Source: Balanoglossus misakiensis (taxonomy: Eukaryota > Animalia > Hemichordata). From it: a stretch of DNA of 64,000 bases. Both the position numbers and the translations under genes were made by a program. The notes beneath the pieces are model-generated. The model saw only the letters and a program-made list of their open reading frames with translations, did not search any database and was not told the DNA's origin. Below, in pieces: positions 1 through 14,529 of this stretch. The stretch is taken from the NCBI GenBank assembly GCA_040954595.2, contig CM082586.2:5938509-6002508 (forward strand), in the 5' to 3' direction. The stretch's first letter is position 1, and every line of letters begins with the position of its first letter.

Positions 1-3000
1 AGTAGCGAGTAATATCTGATGCTAATAAGGAACACTGGATGGATAATTTGACAGCGAATTTATTTTTCTATTAGCTATGATGAATCGCTTTATAATCAAA
101 GGATTGAGAAATGTTTGTCTATAATTTTATTCCATATAGATACTTGGATAACTAGGTCGACTGGGAAATTCCAGCTAAGGTATTTGCTGACGAAAACCAT
201 GTCAAATGTTGTGTATAACATCGATTGTAAAGTCATACAAAATGTTACGTGCTTAAGAGTACCTCGATATACATTGGACAGCTATAGCTTGCTGCACGGT
301 TTGGGATTTCTTCCCAGAGAAATTATTCAGAATACATGTCTCGGGAATGATGTGCCTGTTTCCTGACACTTTCCATTAATCAATTTACAGGAACGTTTCG
401 CCGTAAAAATCCAAAGAAAATCCGTCATTAAACCTGTGCCACTGCCCAGTCAAATTAACAGGAGCCCAGTCTGAAAGCGCCTTTCAGAAGGAAATCTATT
501 GTCTGGCACTAATACATGTAATGATGGCTGTCAGAATCTACACAATAGCCAGTCTTTGATACGTCTCCTACGAGTCGACTCACATCTTCACCGTTTGCTT
601 CGGTTCATATTAGTAATCGGTGATTATCGCTATTTGGCTGCTTCGAAGATAGCTTATTCGTAAATCTCTTGATGTCGATAAATCGACAGCTTGGAGTTTT
701 AAGAACTACTTTTGGCGTGCAGGCGTAGAAACTGTACTTCACACACAGAAAACCAATACCGAGAGAATAACTCGTTCAAGGATAACTTTGTTATTTACCT
801 TTTCTAGAAGTTTCCAGCTATAAAGGTGCAGTGTATAGAACATACTCGTAGGACTGATAAATTACTTACTTATGATCTAAAACCTACGAGAATATTAAGC
901 AATTGGATTTCACAATACAGTGTAAATTAAAGTTTTGCCTTTTGTACAATTCCAGTTAAATAGGGGCACTGTAGCCCAGATACTATTCTGCCTACGTCAC
1001 TGATGTTCATTTAATATGCATGCATAGTACATCACATCAACTATCATGATAAAAGTAGAAGCCCAAGAACAAGGGACCTTTGAAAGAGTTGTCGTTGTTA
1101 TTTCGTCTTGTGATGAATACCCTATTTGTCAAAGTAGAAAGCTGACAATGCACTTTTTGCGGATTTAGACAGCTTTATGTTGAAGATAAAAGAGGGAGTT
1201 AATTTTGCTGGCTGCAACTAATTGCAAGACGATTGGATTTCAGGTCCCGGGGATTAGTGAGCTGCCGCTAGAGGCCGTCGTGATGTACGTCACGGAGTCT
1301 TGTTGGCGAGCAATAAGTAACACCTTGAATACTAGAGAGATTTCACGTAATCAGCTTTGCTGAAGCCATTATCAGCGTTTCTCCGCGGCCAGACTTGGGG
1401 GGAAAACACACCTTTGAAGCGACGGCTTAATTTTCAATGGCCATCTCAGTTTGGCCAAGGGCTGATGTTGCAGAAGGCTAAACTTGATGCGGTATTTATC
1501 CCAACTGCTTTCAGTGCATTTTAACAGGGTACATTACAGACGTCGCCGGTGTATTGATGCGTCGCATTCGAGATACCGCGTAGGCCAATTAAATTTGGGT
1601 GGTATTTCCAAGAGAAACGTGTCGATGACAGCGCCATGAATAGTTTCGTATTGCATGTGAACAAGAATCAGAATCATATCCTATTATCGAGCGTGCGAGT
1701 TTAATGTACAATACATGAAATAAAAATGTCGCCCACGGAACACGTCAATCGATTATTTTCGGACAAGTCACAACGGGTTTGAAGATACACTGATTCTTTT
1801 CATATACAAGACCAATTAACGAAGGCTTTCCATTATGATATCAACACATTTAAAAGTTTAAAAAGTTACATTTCCAAAAAAAAAAATAACAGTTAAACTT
1901 AAGTGGCCCATGTATAATAATGTAATGTCAAAAACGAAGTGAAAATACAACCCATTTTTCTTAGAAGTAATGATTTATTTAACATGTAGGCAGTGTAATA
2001 AGTAAGTGTGGGCATTTTGGTTACATTTTAGTTTTAGGGAAACTTCAGTGCTTCTAGTTAGGAAACATGGGTTTCGCATTGGGAACACCTTGGAGATGTT
2101 TACATGGGTTAGATTTGAAGTTCAGAGAGTTAAATGGTTTTGCGGAATAACAATATCACATAATAATAAATAAATGTAATATCTAGGAAGCCCTGAAAAG
2201 CATAGTTTATATGATTTCAGTGTTTTTCTATGCACCAGGAAGCCATAAAAATCATACTGCAGTGTTGACAGAGTTTTCAAATGCCTAAGGATGTAGTAGG
2301 TTCGATTCCCGTCGAAATGGTGTTTTGCACATTTAACACCTGTAGCAAGTGCGAGCATGCAAGAAAACAAACACTTTGTTTTGTACACTGACTGTGCAAT
2401 GATAATTGTTTCAGTCTGTATATTCTCAAGTAATGTGTCTCCAAAGTCTTGAGAAATTGGATTTGAGCGAAATTGATAAAATACACTGGGCAAAATGTCA
2501 ATACAGGTTATAATCCAATGTTTCAGCACTTGAAAATCATATTATATAAAATAGGCTGTGAAAGTACATGTAAATAGGTGAGTTCACCAAATGCATTCTG
2601 TGTTACACGGATAAAGCATCGTGGCGATTATGGCATGGTGATATACATCAAAATATAGTTCATGAGGCGATGTATGTTTCAATTAATTATTGTTGCCTTC
2701 TTAATAATTACAAGGGCAGATGATCATTTCAATGATAAATCAGCCATGTAGTGTCCAAGTGGTGACTGCCAGGTGCCTGTTTGTAATCATAGTTCCAAAC
2801 AATAACATATCACCCTTGCATTTGTCTTCTGCCTGACCTTAAAAACCGTGAAGAGATTTCTGAGTGGTATAACTTTCCTGACCTTGCTAGAATTCCTCTT
2901 GCATTTATCTTAGATTGGAAACCTAACTCGGGCATTACAGAAGCTCTGCTTAGACAAGAAACATCAGTATATAATGACATCTTAAGATCTTAAGAGTATC

Positions 3001-5639
3001 TCGATTTCACGCTATTTTGTTTGAAATGATCGTGTTCAGGTTGCTTCATGCGGGATGATTCTTGACTACCTCGTATTATGATGAGAAGATTAAAGTACTT
3101 TATCGATAAAACAGCAGCTCATTGAGGGTTTAATAACTGCAGTCCTATGTAACTGGTTCATTAACGTCACATCTACTTCTATTTTACACATTCCACGGAT
3201 ATTTGTGTAATTACAATATACCTGCCAGACATCCAAATGACAAGCTGAAGACCAAAGTAATTAGAAACGACACACAGGCAGTGAAATGATTAATTGATAT
3301 GCAAAAAGATATTTGCATAAGACCTTGACATTTATATTTTCTATTCGCAAGGTGACCCTTAGGAAACAGTAGTTATACACAGAGTTAAATGTGAAAATAT
3401 ATGTATTGCCATAAGCTAGAGACATAATCCCTTTAATATTATCTACCCAAATACCGGTTGATATATGGTTCATGCCATAAACCGATAGTTTAGTGCCAGT
3501 TTGATACCCTAATGTACGTGACGAAGAATTATGCAGACCAGCATATGATTGAAATTTCAAATATGAATATAGTATTTAATTATCAAGGTTATTTTTAAAT
3601 TTAATTATTTTGAAAAAAAATTGCAGCAGTTATTAAGTTCATAAATAAAGATGAATGGGTTGTTATTTATAGTTATTAGTTTTCGCGATGATCTATAGGG
3701 TCAATTTTTTTGCTCAGTGACACTGGTGATGGTTTATGAGATATGTGTGTCCAAAAGCCTTGTGTCTGTCTACAGCAATTACTTTTCTTGTGCTATACGT
3801 AGCCGTTTCCGGTATACGTCAAATTTCTTCATATCTTTCAGCGTCAATATGTTCATTTAATTAGCCCTATGTGTATGTTGTGGAAAATTAAGCTCTAGTT
3901 TTGACAGAGGAATATCCATAATAATTGTGTTAGATACAAGATACTACTAGTAAACACCATCTGAAAGCAGTGTTTAAAGCAACGAGCTGCCAAATTTCAC
4001 ATATTTTTTCCACAATAAAATACTTCAAATCTATAAAGTCATACAAAACGTCTTCATCAAATAAAAAAACTTTGGAAATACCAACAGGTGCAAGTAATAT
4101 TTCAATTGTGCTTTGAAATAGAGAAGCATTGTTCAACCAGGATGCAATGGCCGAGGGCTCAACTTTCAAATCTCAGTGCTGTATTGATTTAAGTTTATTT
4201 TCTTCTCTCAAGCAGTCTAGACAGCCAAATGGTACTTACGTGAGAGGTTACGTGTGCGTAGACATCTATAAACGTTGCATTTTCCATGCGTAAGCTAATC
4301 CATAATTACACATGATGTCAATTTTTCGCTTGGATAAGAATCACCGATTGCAAATGGAAACACTCTCTGTCGCCAAATGCTGAATTCAATGAATTATTAG
4401 AGCGTGAATTCAGATGAGACCTGTGTGCACGCTGACACACATTAATAGTTCATTACCACTTGTATGCACGTGACATGGCCCGAATTCCACTGAAGCGCAG
4501 TTTACGTGAGGTCAAATGCCATTTACTGCAGTCATATTACGGCACTCCGCATCCACACATGTGCTAACGATAACTGACGTGTTATGCTAACGTTGGCAGT
4601 AGCTGGCGAGTTTTGTTAGGACATTCTCATGCGAGACAGGACAATTAACAACACATGGTCCACTGCGTTAAATAGCGCATCATATACATTAACAAATTCT
4701 GCACCTATTCCAATGTAATTACCGGTACGTCAGCTTATTAACTTCAGCACATGACACACTGTATATAAATTTCAAATTAATCGCAGCATTTTTCTGTATT
4801 GGTTTGCGTCGAATAACAATATGACAGCAATTGTACGTCGGCAACACTTCATCCTGTTCTGACAGTGGAGTGAATGACAGGCATAACATATTAATAGTTA
4901 GTTGGTTTCTTGTCGTTTCATATACATGCACCATCTGAAATGATCGAAGCAGCTTGCGTTCAAAACAGTACTATTTGACAAGACCTCGAAGTTTTCTCAT
5001 TAAAACGTCGGGATAACATGCGCAAAACAGAACTCATTCATGGACCGACAACCCATCTCACGCATTTTGCAATTTCCATCAACAGATTTTTAAGTCTATT
5101 AATGATTCATATCTAATCACGATATGTCGTAAAATAAGGTTTCTGATTTACATCCTCGTATTGTTGCTCATCAACAGACTAATTTAAATAACAATATCAC
5201 CAACAGAAATGTTTCTTCACTTCCGCAGAAGACGTCTGAAAATGACGTCCATTAAATTTGCAAATAGTTCATTTAGGTGGAAATAGACCAGCTTCCGGGA
5301 TCCCGAATAGGACACTTCCTTTGACTATGTGTTTCCTCGGAAAGGAAGGTGTTATTTGTCGACTGAAGTCTGAAAGTAGATTCGTATATGTTGTTCACTA
5401 TCATCTGAATGTTCTGTGACAATTGTCAGTTTCCTGTTAACAAGCATCTGATTTGCATATTAAGGGACCTTTTATAAAGGGATTCTTTGTAATATTAATC
5501 TTGACAGATCTGAAAGATTACTGACTGCGCAGAGATACCTAGACATGTCTTGTTAATTATCTACTTATTTACATTCACAGACCGTGTTTTTCTCTGGCCT
5601 TTAGTACTCTGCTTTGTGATTACTCCAAAAGTTCACAAA

Positions 5640-5720
5640 TCAATAGACCATTTTCCAAACCCCACGAGACACTGCGAGATCTCGTCTGGTTAGGTAGTTT
5701 GTATTCCGGAGGGGGCGTTC
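5640..5720. repeat. Inverted fragment of the same dispersed repeat family
   Basis: TCAATAGACCATTTTCCAAACCCCACGAGA...GGTTAGGTAGTTTGTAT resembles the reverse complement of 29420-29490. Confidence 0.55.
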
Positions 5721-8700
5721 TGGATGTTGTCCACGATTACTGTGCTAAGATTAGTTGAAACTTGTCTATATACAGGAACTTTTGCGGTTTATAAACCAGT
5801 GCCACAAGTGCGTATTCAGGACAAATAAAATCCACAAACAAAATACAACATTGTTCAAATTCATGTCCTTGTGGTTGTAGAACAGTAACAATTTTTGTCG
5901 TGTCCTGGGCATTTGCCTGGTATTTACATTATGCATGGACTTGTTATATCCAAATCAACAAAAGCTGCCGCTTACTTCACATGTTGTCATAGATAGTGTT
6001 TTCAGCGAATTCGGCGTAATGATCGATGAATGTTTTGCGGAATAAGTAATTGGATGTAGCCGATGAAATATTCATAACGATCTGTCGCTTTCTCAGGGCG
6101 CTGCAATGAAATATTTATGAAGATGGAATGGTTCAATCAATATGTAATAAAATTATCACACTAGCGGACCTTTGGCCTTTGTTTTGAACGTGTCATCATA
6201 ACTAAGGCCAAGAAACGCTTGGTTGTTCCGATAATCAGATCTAGCTTTGAAGTCGCGAATTCTAAACTTTCAGATAGATTATGTAAATTTATGGAATAAT
6301 ACGAAAAAAATACATTTTCACGCAATCGCGTTATACCTAATTGAGAGTGAGATGTAATTAGTTTTAACCTTCACAGAACACTTGTAGATTAATTCATATC
6401 TTATTTTTCCAGTGAGCTTCTTTAGTTTGAATCCGGCTTAAGCCAGAAACATTTGAATACAAATTTGCTTCGTCGAAGTTGTAGTTAAATAATGACGCGT
6501 GATAGCGGGGGCAATATCACAATTTGTTGACTACCCAAGGGATGGTGCCAATGGCGGCGATATTGATGAGACCTGAGCTCATGCGCAGACCGAGGGAAAA
6601 GCAATGATGTTCTGGTAACACTGAGTCCATCTGGGGGTAATAAACTGATGCTATGGCTCTCATGGCCAGGCATATGTGTTTACCATAAATAGGAATTAGG
6701 TTCATTTCATCTAGCCGCTTGTTAAAATGATACGAGAAAGGCAATTGGATAAATAGTAGGAGATCCTGTATTAAAAGTACCACATGATTGGTTACTGAAA
6801 ATGGAAATAGAGGTGTAAAGGTAATGGTCTCAATGAGGGAAAATGCAAGACAAATCTAACTTTGATACAGGTGGACCTGCCTTCCATTATAGGACTTAAT
6901 CTTGGTTGTTATACAGTCAAAACCATCTTACTGCATACTTGTTTTACTTCACGTTTCAGAGATAAGCACATTAACCTTCACAGTTTCCATTCAGTTCAAT
7001 TTAATCATGACAGAAGATTTTCAGTGAAAGCGAAGGGATCATGCCTGCCATGTGAGCAGTGAATAAGCATACGAACCAGTACACGAAAAGATAGGTATCT
7101 TTCGCTGATTGACAAAGCTCGGAATGAACATGAATGTGAAGCGATTATCTGGCTTTGGGGACTATAAGCTCTATTTATCGGCGCAAAGCTACCACGCCTG
7201 AAACACAGTAACGCTGCGAGTAAATTACCCTTAGCAAATAGGCCTACACGTATCTTTAACGTACTCCCTGTCAAAGTAACTTATAATTAGACTGGCATGT
7301 TGTCGCACTGTGTAATACACACCAGAATAGTAAGTGTCCGATTTGTAGACAGACATATGTTATTTATGTATTACAACTTCTACTTTGTTTAGAACTTTCA
7401 CGCACGATATTGACATTTGGATATGTGTGTTGCCATACCAACCTGTTTCTTTTACGTCAAGGTCTTCAAAGAAAACCATTCTTAAAAGCATCTCCTCAAT
7501 ATTATGTTCTAATATTGCTAAAATGTAATTATTCTAATTGGAGGTTCTGGTTTTGGAATCTTCAAATGATATCTTAATGTAACATAATTTTTTTACAATG
7601 TTGCTAGTGGTCTAGCCATTAAAATCGCAGATCTGTTGTAAGATACTGTTCAGTGTACCGGTACGGTGGTCAAAACACGTATAATTTAATTTGTGTGAAT
7701 CATTTATGTCGATGTAATAATGAAGATGGTTGCTTTTTATCTCTTAGAAAGGCAGCCCCAATTATTTTGCTTGTGTGGAACAAAAAAACATTGTTTGGTG
7801 GTGGATAGAGATGATATCTAAACCACGTCACCATATCGCTGTAAATGCCAAATAGTGTCTGCGTGATCAAACTGCGTGTTAGAAGTAGGTTTTTGATTAC
7901 ACTTAGTAAAGAGGTTTGGTTAGGCAAAAACGGTGAGCCGTAATTTGACTCTTTATTGAAATGTAATGGGCGCCGGGGTTCGAATTACGGGAAATGTCGA
8001 GAAGATTCGAGAGTTAGTTGAAGATGTATTTATCTTGGGCCACACGGGAGTCTCTCGTCAGTTGATCAAAACGTGCGTGTCCTTGAGGTATTGTCGCTGA
8101 GGATTTTTAGTGCATTTCTTGTGCAACTTTTCGCCACCTGAAGCGTACTACCTGCTCTTAGAAATAAGCTCGCACTGGCAACGTGTTAAATTAGGCATAA
8201 CGTGTCCACTAAACTGTTAATCTTTATTTAATCTTTATGTATTGCACATAAATGAATAAAATGCTATCATAAGATTATACCCGTGGGTAGCTTGTAAGGT
8301 CTGACAATCCATAAAAACTACTACCGGTACTGAAACACTATCAGCAGATATTCTTCAGTATTTTTACAGTAGCATACTGAAACATTGGCTACTTTGTTAA
8401 AGGGCAATGATCGTCTCATGCGGATGTGCCAATCCAGAGTCACTGGTTACAAAATTTGTATACAGTCAATGCCACTGTATCATGTCAGTACCAGTGATCA
8501 TGCATGCAGCCTGTTTGATAATTCTCACCATGTTTGACTCCCAATGTGAGTTCGATCCGAAAGAAACTTAACCCCTTCCAATAAAAGTTTAAACTCCTGT
8601 TTCCTGCCGTCTGCCAGTGCACTTCCAGCAACGCCCATCGATTGTGGTGATCGTGACATATATACCCATCTGTGCAGCGGTTGAGCAAGAAATAACAAAC

Positions 8701-11700
8701 ATACATGTATATTGATGTATTTAAATATATCTCCCTCTGTGCGTTTGGCTGCTTTCAAAATAACACCGCCAATCACCCGGAACGAGCTGGCACATTCCTC
8801 TAAATTTATGGGGCGTTTTATCACCAGTGTTTAAATGATTGTTTTCAAATATTTACAATTCAGTGACAATTTGACATGTATCACTGTCCAACTTGTAAAC
8901 AACTTTAAAACCTCCGAACATGACCTTAATTTCCTTTTAGGTGCGACCTTCGAATTTCATTACCATGCACTCCACTGTTAAATGGCCTGTCAAGTAACTT
9001 TTAAAAATTATATAATTTATTCTTGTCTCATTAACATGCAGAATGTTGCCACTTTTCATGATTAAACATATGCAAGGTATTTTGGTGAAATTTCACAAAT
9101 TTGTGAGCCCCCAGCTGTTTTGAAGAAGCTGACAATAACACAGTTGAAACACTGTTCGTAAAGGTTTTGCCTGCAACAGGTGATTTCCATGAAAATGTGT
9201 TGAGTCAGTCACTGTTTATTAAAAAACAATAAAAAACTACCCTGATCGCGGCCCCAGTCAAGTGGTCACTTGTTGTAAAAAATAAATCTAAAATAATCAC
9301 CACCAAACCTCACGATAGGTCATGTAGGTGGCATATGCATCGTCTGGGAATGCAGCTAACTAAACTGACTTCCTGGAAGGCTTTACATGCTATCCACATG
9401 TAACCTGACATGCAGAAACTTTCTTCTAACTGTGCACATTGAAGGTAGAATTAAGAACGGAAAAGCTATATCTTTTTATAATCCTTCCACGTGACACAGC
9501 TGTAACTTTTTTATAATCCTTCTGCAAGGCGAAATAGTCGATGTAAAAGACATGCATGTACGTCTCCATTTAGCGAACAGACAAATATGGAGTAATGTCA
9601 CCTTTTCTGTGATAGGCTCATTAGCAGAATTCCATATACATGCACTTGGATTCAACCCTGAATCGCATTCAATGTGTCCAATGGCGCGCATTGGCGCTTA
9701 AAATGGTTCAGGATACGTGCTTTGTAGGGTATTTTGGAAAAAAGAGATCATTTTTTACAGTCCGTCAGGTCTTAAAAGAACTATTCAATTGCGAGATGGT
9801 GGAATGAGATCACAGTTTTATCACGTACCGACCCAATGTTGCATGTTAGACACGAGTATCCTTCACCCTCCGAGTGTGGTCTCTACGTCAACTGCTGTGA
9901 CAGACACACGAGCCTAATCAAACATACGCATTCCCACCCTATGTGTTTCTACTTTACAGTGATATATAGTTTGGGTCGGGAAAAGGTTGAGAGAATAACA
10001 TTATCTGCCCCCGTGCAGCGATGTTTCCGCCGATGAAGACTTCAATAGCTTATGGGACATTGAAGGGGGAAATTTACCCTGTCTCTTGGGAATTGTAAAA
10101 GGAAATTTAAGAAATCAAAAGTTTTAGCGGGGCACACATTTAGCCATTCCAATAATGGTATGTTTTATTAACCCACCCAAGGTTGAACGAGTTCACGGCC
10201 TGTTTGTGAGTCCTTCAGTTGCACGAGAAAACAGACTTTTTCTGCGGTAAAACGACAGCTGTTTTTCCAGACCTGTTTGTTTGATTTCAAAATATTGTGG
10301 ATTGACTCGTGACCATGGAAAATTCCATTCCATGCTAAAAGGCATTTTTTTTCAAACGTTGGTGACAAACTCGCATGTATCAGAAAGAGTAATATCATCG
10401 ATGACAGTCCTCGGTTGAATCTGATATACATGTATATAACATGAATATGCCATTGTGTAGGGATATCCAACTTGTCTTTTTCACCACTGGTAATGGAAAC
10501 ATCAACAGTGTGCAAATAGATAACATGTTGGAACTGGCCTATATACTGAATAGAATGATGCTGAACCTTGCTAACAGATGTTATGACTCATGAGTTTGTG
10601 GAGATACTATTGCATATAGTGCAAGCAAAAATAAATCTGGTATTTTGCACAGGTGCAATGAGTAAAATAGTTCTCCTGGAAGTAAAACTTCCAGATATAT
10701 ATATTTTTTTACAAGCTTTATACTGGCATTCCCTTTGCCATCATTATCAATACCTGTAAAATTACAGCTGTTCATAAGAACAAATATGAGGCATAAGGCA
10801 AACGGATGTTTGGACAAAAGTCACACCAAAAGAATTCTGTTAGTCATTTATTGCAGTGAAAAAAATATTGAAATTGTCAGTGAAGTTCCCGGAATCTCCC
10901 CAGGGATAATAATGTGTGTAGATGAACTCAAAAAATTCACCAGCCTGAGAAGAACAGGCACGGTTGGGGATAGGAAATGTAACTCAAATGGCAGGAAGAT
11001 GTAAATACGATATTGATGTTTTATGAGCAGAACACACCGAAAATGCGGAAACACAATAGTCCCACATTCGTCTGGAACGGACGCAACCCAGTCTGGAAGT
11101 CCATATTTTTCAACCAGATCAGGAACCGATAAAACTCTTACAAGGCCACTACAACTGTTCAAAGTTTAATCTGCTCATTACGAAATAAAACTCCTGCCAT
11201 TTTATGCAGACAATAAGCTTGCTATTTGATAATTTTATTTCCATATGTCGTCGATCGAACTGATGGATGGGACAGGGCGACGCAGCTGGTGCATGCGCAA
11301 GGTAGTTAGGCGTCCATGTGGCACAAAACCGATGATCGGTTCTCTGTGTATCGCGCGCGCAGTCGAAAAGAGATGTTGAAATGTTTGGCGCATCTGTGCC
11401 ACACAAATATTTGCATTGGAATGACAGTAATCTTGAAATATATAGAAAAGTCGGACATCAATAACCTCTCTTCACAAAATGATTGTCCTTCAGATACGCA
11501 ACAGGAAAATTTGCCAAAAATCACTCAGCAATTTTAATTTCTGAATCGCTTTATAATGAAATACATAACAATTATCCAGTATCTCTGAACTGACAGAATA
11601 TTGTAGACTAGAACTATAGACGCCAGAACTAATGCATTACCTTGCGGCACTCTCAGACAGTGCATGTTGTGTACTGAATCAAAATATGAAATATGAAATA

Positions 11701-13731
11701 TTCGGTTATAAAATTGCTGACAATTCTGTGAACAGCATCAGTTATAAACCAAAATATGTGTATTCGCAAAAAGGTTTTTAAAACTCGTTGAGTAATTTAT
11801 AAATAAAATTCTGACCTAGAGGGCTACCACTCAAATCCTATTTGGGAAGATTTCTGATTTTGCGTATAAGCTTGACAGCTAATAGTATGTTGAGAAGAAC
11901 ATGAATATGGTTGAAGATCTTACCTTCAGAGGCTTTTTAAAGACCTAAGATCCGTTTCTGCCTGTAGCCGCAGAAGACCCGATACTTAAGAAAAGATTTC
12001 ATGTGATCTTATGTTGAGTAAACTTCATGCATATTAAGGCCACCAGTATACACATAACGTCACAATGACCAACAAGTCTGACTGGCAAAGGGCTTTTTTA
12101 TGTGCAGAGCTCGGTGTAGGATTATTCGCCCAGCAGGGGCGTATTAACGCAGAGATTTTTAAGATCTCGTCACAGGAAGTAAACATTGATGTAGAGCGTG
12201 AAAATTGAACTCTCTCCTGAAAAGTTCAATGTCGTGGTGTCCCGGGCAACTCCCATAATTATACTGATATGTCTAAACCATCTCGCATGTGTATACTGTG
12301 GACCCCTGTTGAAAATGGTACACCCTTTTTGAATTAATTATATAAACGCTTCGTAAGACACCGACAAAATACAGACTTTATGAGAACTTATGTCGACAAA
12401 CGGATATTTGAAAGCACAGCGGAGCAAAAGCTAAAAAGACTTTGAAGGCCGACGATGATATTCGATCGTGATGTCCCAATGCCAATTAAAGCGTACGTGC
12501 ACTTACATTTTCGAGACCTAGCTAACTGTTGTGACTTTCTCCTCGGTTGGTCGGTCAATCGACTGCACACCTTCACAATCGATTGTCAATATCTTGTATA
12601 AGTAGAAGTAATAAGGGTTGTGTTGAAATTTTATGAATTATGCCTCATTCATTCAGAGAAATTGTGAAGAATTAATAACCGATACAGCTGTAATTTATGG
12701 CCGAGACTTGCCATATAATTGCACTTTAAGATTGTCTATATTGCACATATGATTGTCACTTGCAGATTGTCACTTGCAGTTTCAGCAATTTTAGTCGATA
12801 TACTAATATGTTCTCCAACCGACCCCCACCATTCCTATTTAAATAAATTTCTTTCCTGTCATTATTTCCTTGACATTGATTATGTTTCTTGTGGCTCTAT
12901 ATTTCTTTCATCTTCTGTGTATTGTGCCTAGTTCTTTACCACTCTCTTAATATCATCCCGTCGCACAGAATGCTACTCTCTTACACTATCTTCCTCACTG
13001 GAGGCGATAAGGTCTTTAATTTGCCTTCTGCATGCAACTACAAGGATTCTACGTGCACCCCTACGTTTTATTGCAATAAAATGATTGACGCCCGAGGGTT
13101 TGAGCACGAGATAACGACACATCTTCAGCAAAAAAGCGTGAAGGGAGTAAATGGTATACTAATCGACCCAGTCAATATCTTCCCACGCGCTGCACCTCTC
13201 TCTCTAAATCAGTATTAAAAACAATCTTTTCATTTCAGTCACGACGCGGTCCACGAGCTGGCGAAATCTTACAGGTTTATGCGTTTAAAGTGATGAAAGT
13301 TTTCGTGTAAGAGCCTGTACATAGTGATCATTTCAAATACTTACATTAGCATCAAATTCATTTTTCCTGCCCAAAAGCAAGTTGAAGTTCTAATAGCATT
13401 CAACTTGTTTGCATATAGCCTACCAGGTATGTAATATAAATAATATATTTGCGAATAAACCAATGTACGTGCATTACCCGGTCCGATATCTGTGGATGGA
13501 ATTGGGATGTCTGAGGGCGCTTTGGTAGTGATTTTGTAACCCTGCACACCAATTATTCTCATCTTCTTTTTGAACCATTCCGTTAGTACCGGTATACTCC
13601 ATACAACTACAGACTATCTGAGAAATATCTGGCAGACACTGTTTCATATATTTTTTGGTTATCTGTAATTTTGGCCAATTGAATTTAAACTAAGCTAGGT
13701 AACCCCAATGTTATTATGTGTAAGACTTTAC

Positions 13732-14529
13732 CCTGATTCACTTTCTGAATTTAAGTTTGAGTGTACCATGGCTAGATCTGTAAATCCACAATCGATGGTG
13801 TGTTACAATAACATGCATGGTATAATTGATGACAGGCCTGTGACCCTTACACAAGTATATGATTATCAATACAACATCTATCGAATTCCTTGCCTCCCTG
13901 AAGCAGAAACAGAATAATCGCATGTTTGCTGTGTTTACTGTAGTTGGGCAGAACCATGAATCAGGCTGATGTTGATATCATTTGTAAAAGTCAGAAAATT
14001 ACCACAATAAGCCATCTGCAATTATGTTATAGTGCACTGAGAAATATATTTGACCAGGCCCTAACTATACATACTTGCCCGATAATGTAATTCGACAGCG
14101 AGTAAGCCATTGGATTAAAAAAATCAGTTATTAAGTAATCATAATTTGACTTCAGAATAAATTTCTTACATGTAAAAACTGAGCTTTTTTCTCGTTTTTG
14201 AATATAGCATGTTGTGAAATTCGCCAGACGTCAAAAATTAGCTAATTTATATTGTTCTGGACAAAGCAACATTTTCAGCAATGGAAATACTTCTACCTAC
14301 ATTTGCTCAAATGCAACAGTGTGCTGTTATCATTACAACAGGAAAAGCGTGGGATTCAAGCCAAACATTTCAGGAGTCTTTGCCTTGCATACTGGTTCTT
14401 CAAAAATTTAGCATCTGTTGGGTTCAGATTATCCCCAGAAGCATTGTTGATGTCAGAAGGAATCCATTATTAGCCTATGGGGATTTACTGGTGGCTCATT
14501 TGCGGATGCAACCGGAGCAAATTGACCAT
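13732..14529 (-). pseudogene. Decayed two-exon Cys-rich remnant, possibly secreted PLA2-like
   Basis: Exon-shaped block 13732-13897 (acceptor ttctgtttctgcttcag, donor AGG|GTAAAG) reads GGKEFDRCCIDNHILV*GSQACHQLYHACYCN. A second block at 14297-14529 is Cys-rich with stops. Confidence 0.3.

Noticed and set aside
2293-2315. GGTTCGATTCC B-box-like motif (similar ones at ~7977 and ~6427)
   Set aside because: No A-box at proper spacing and no cloverleaf, so not supportable as a tRNA or SINE.
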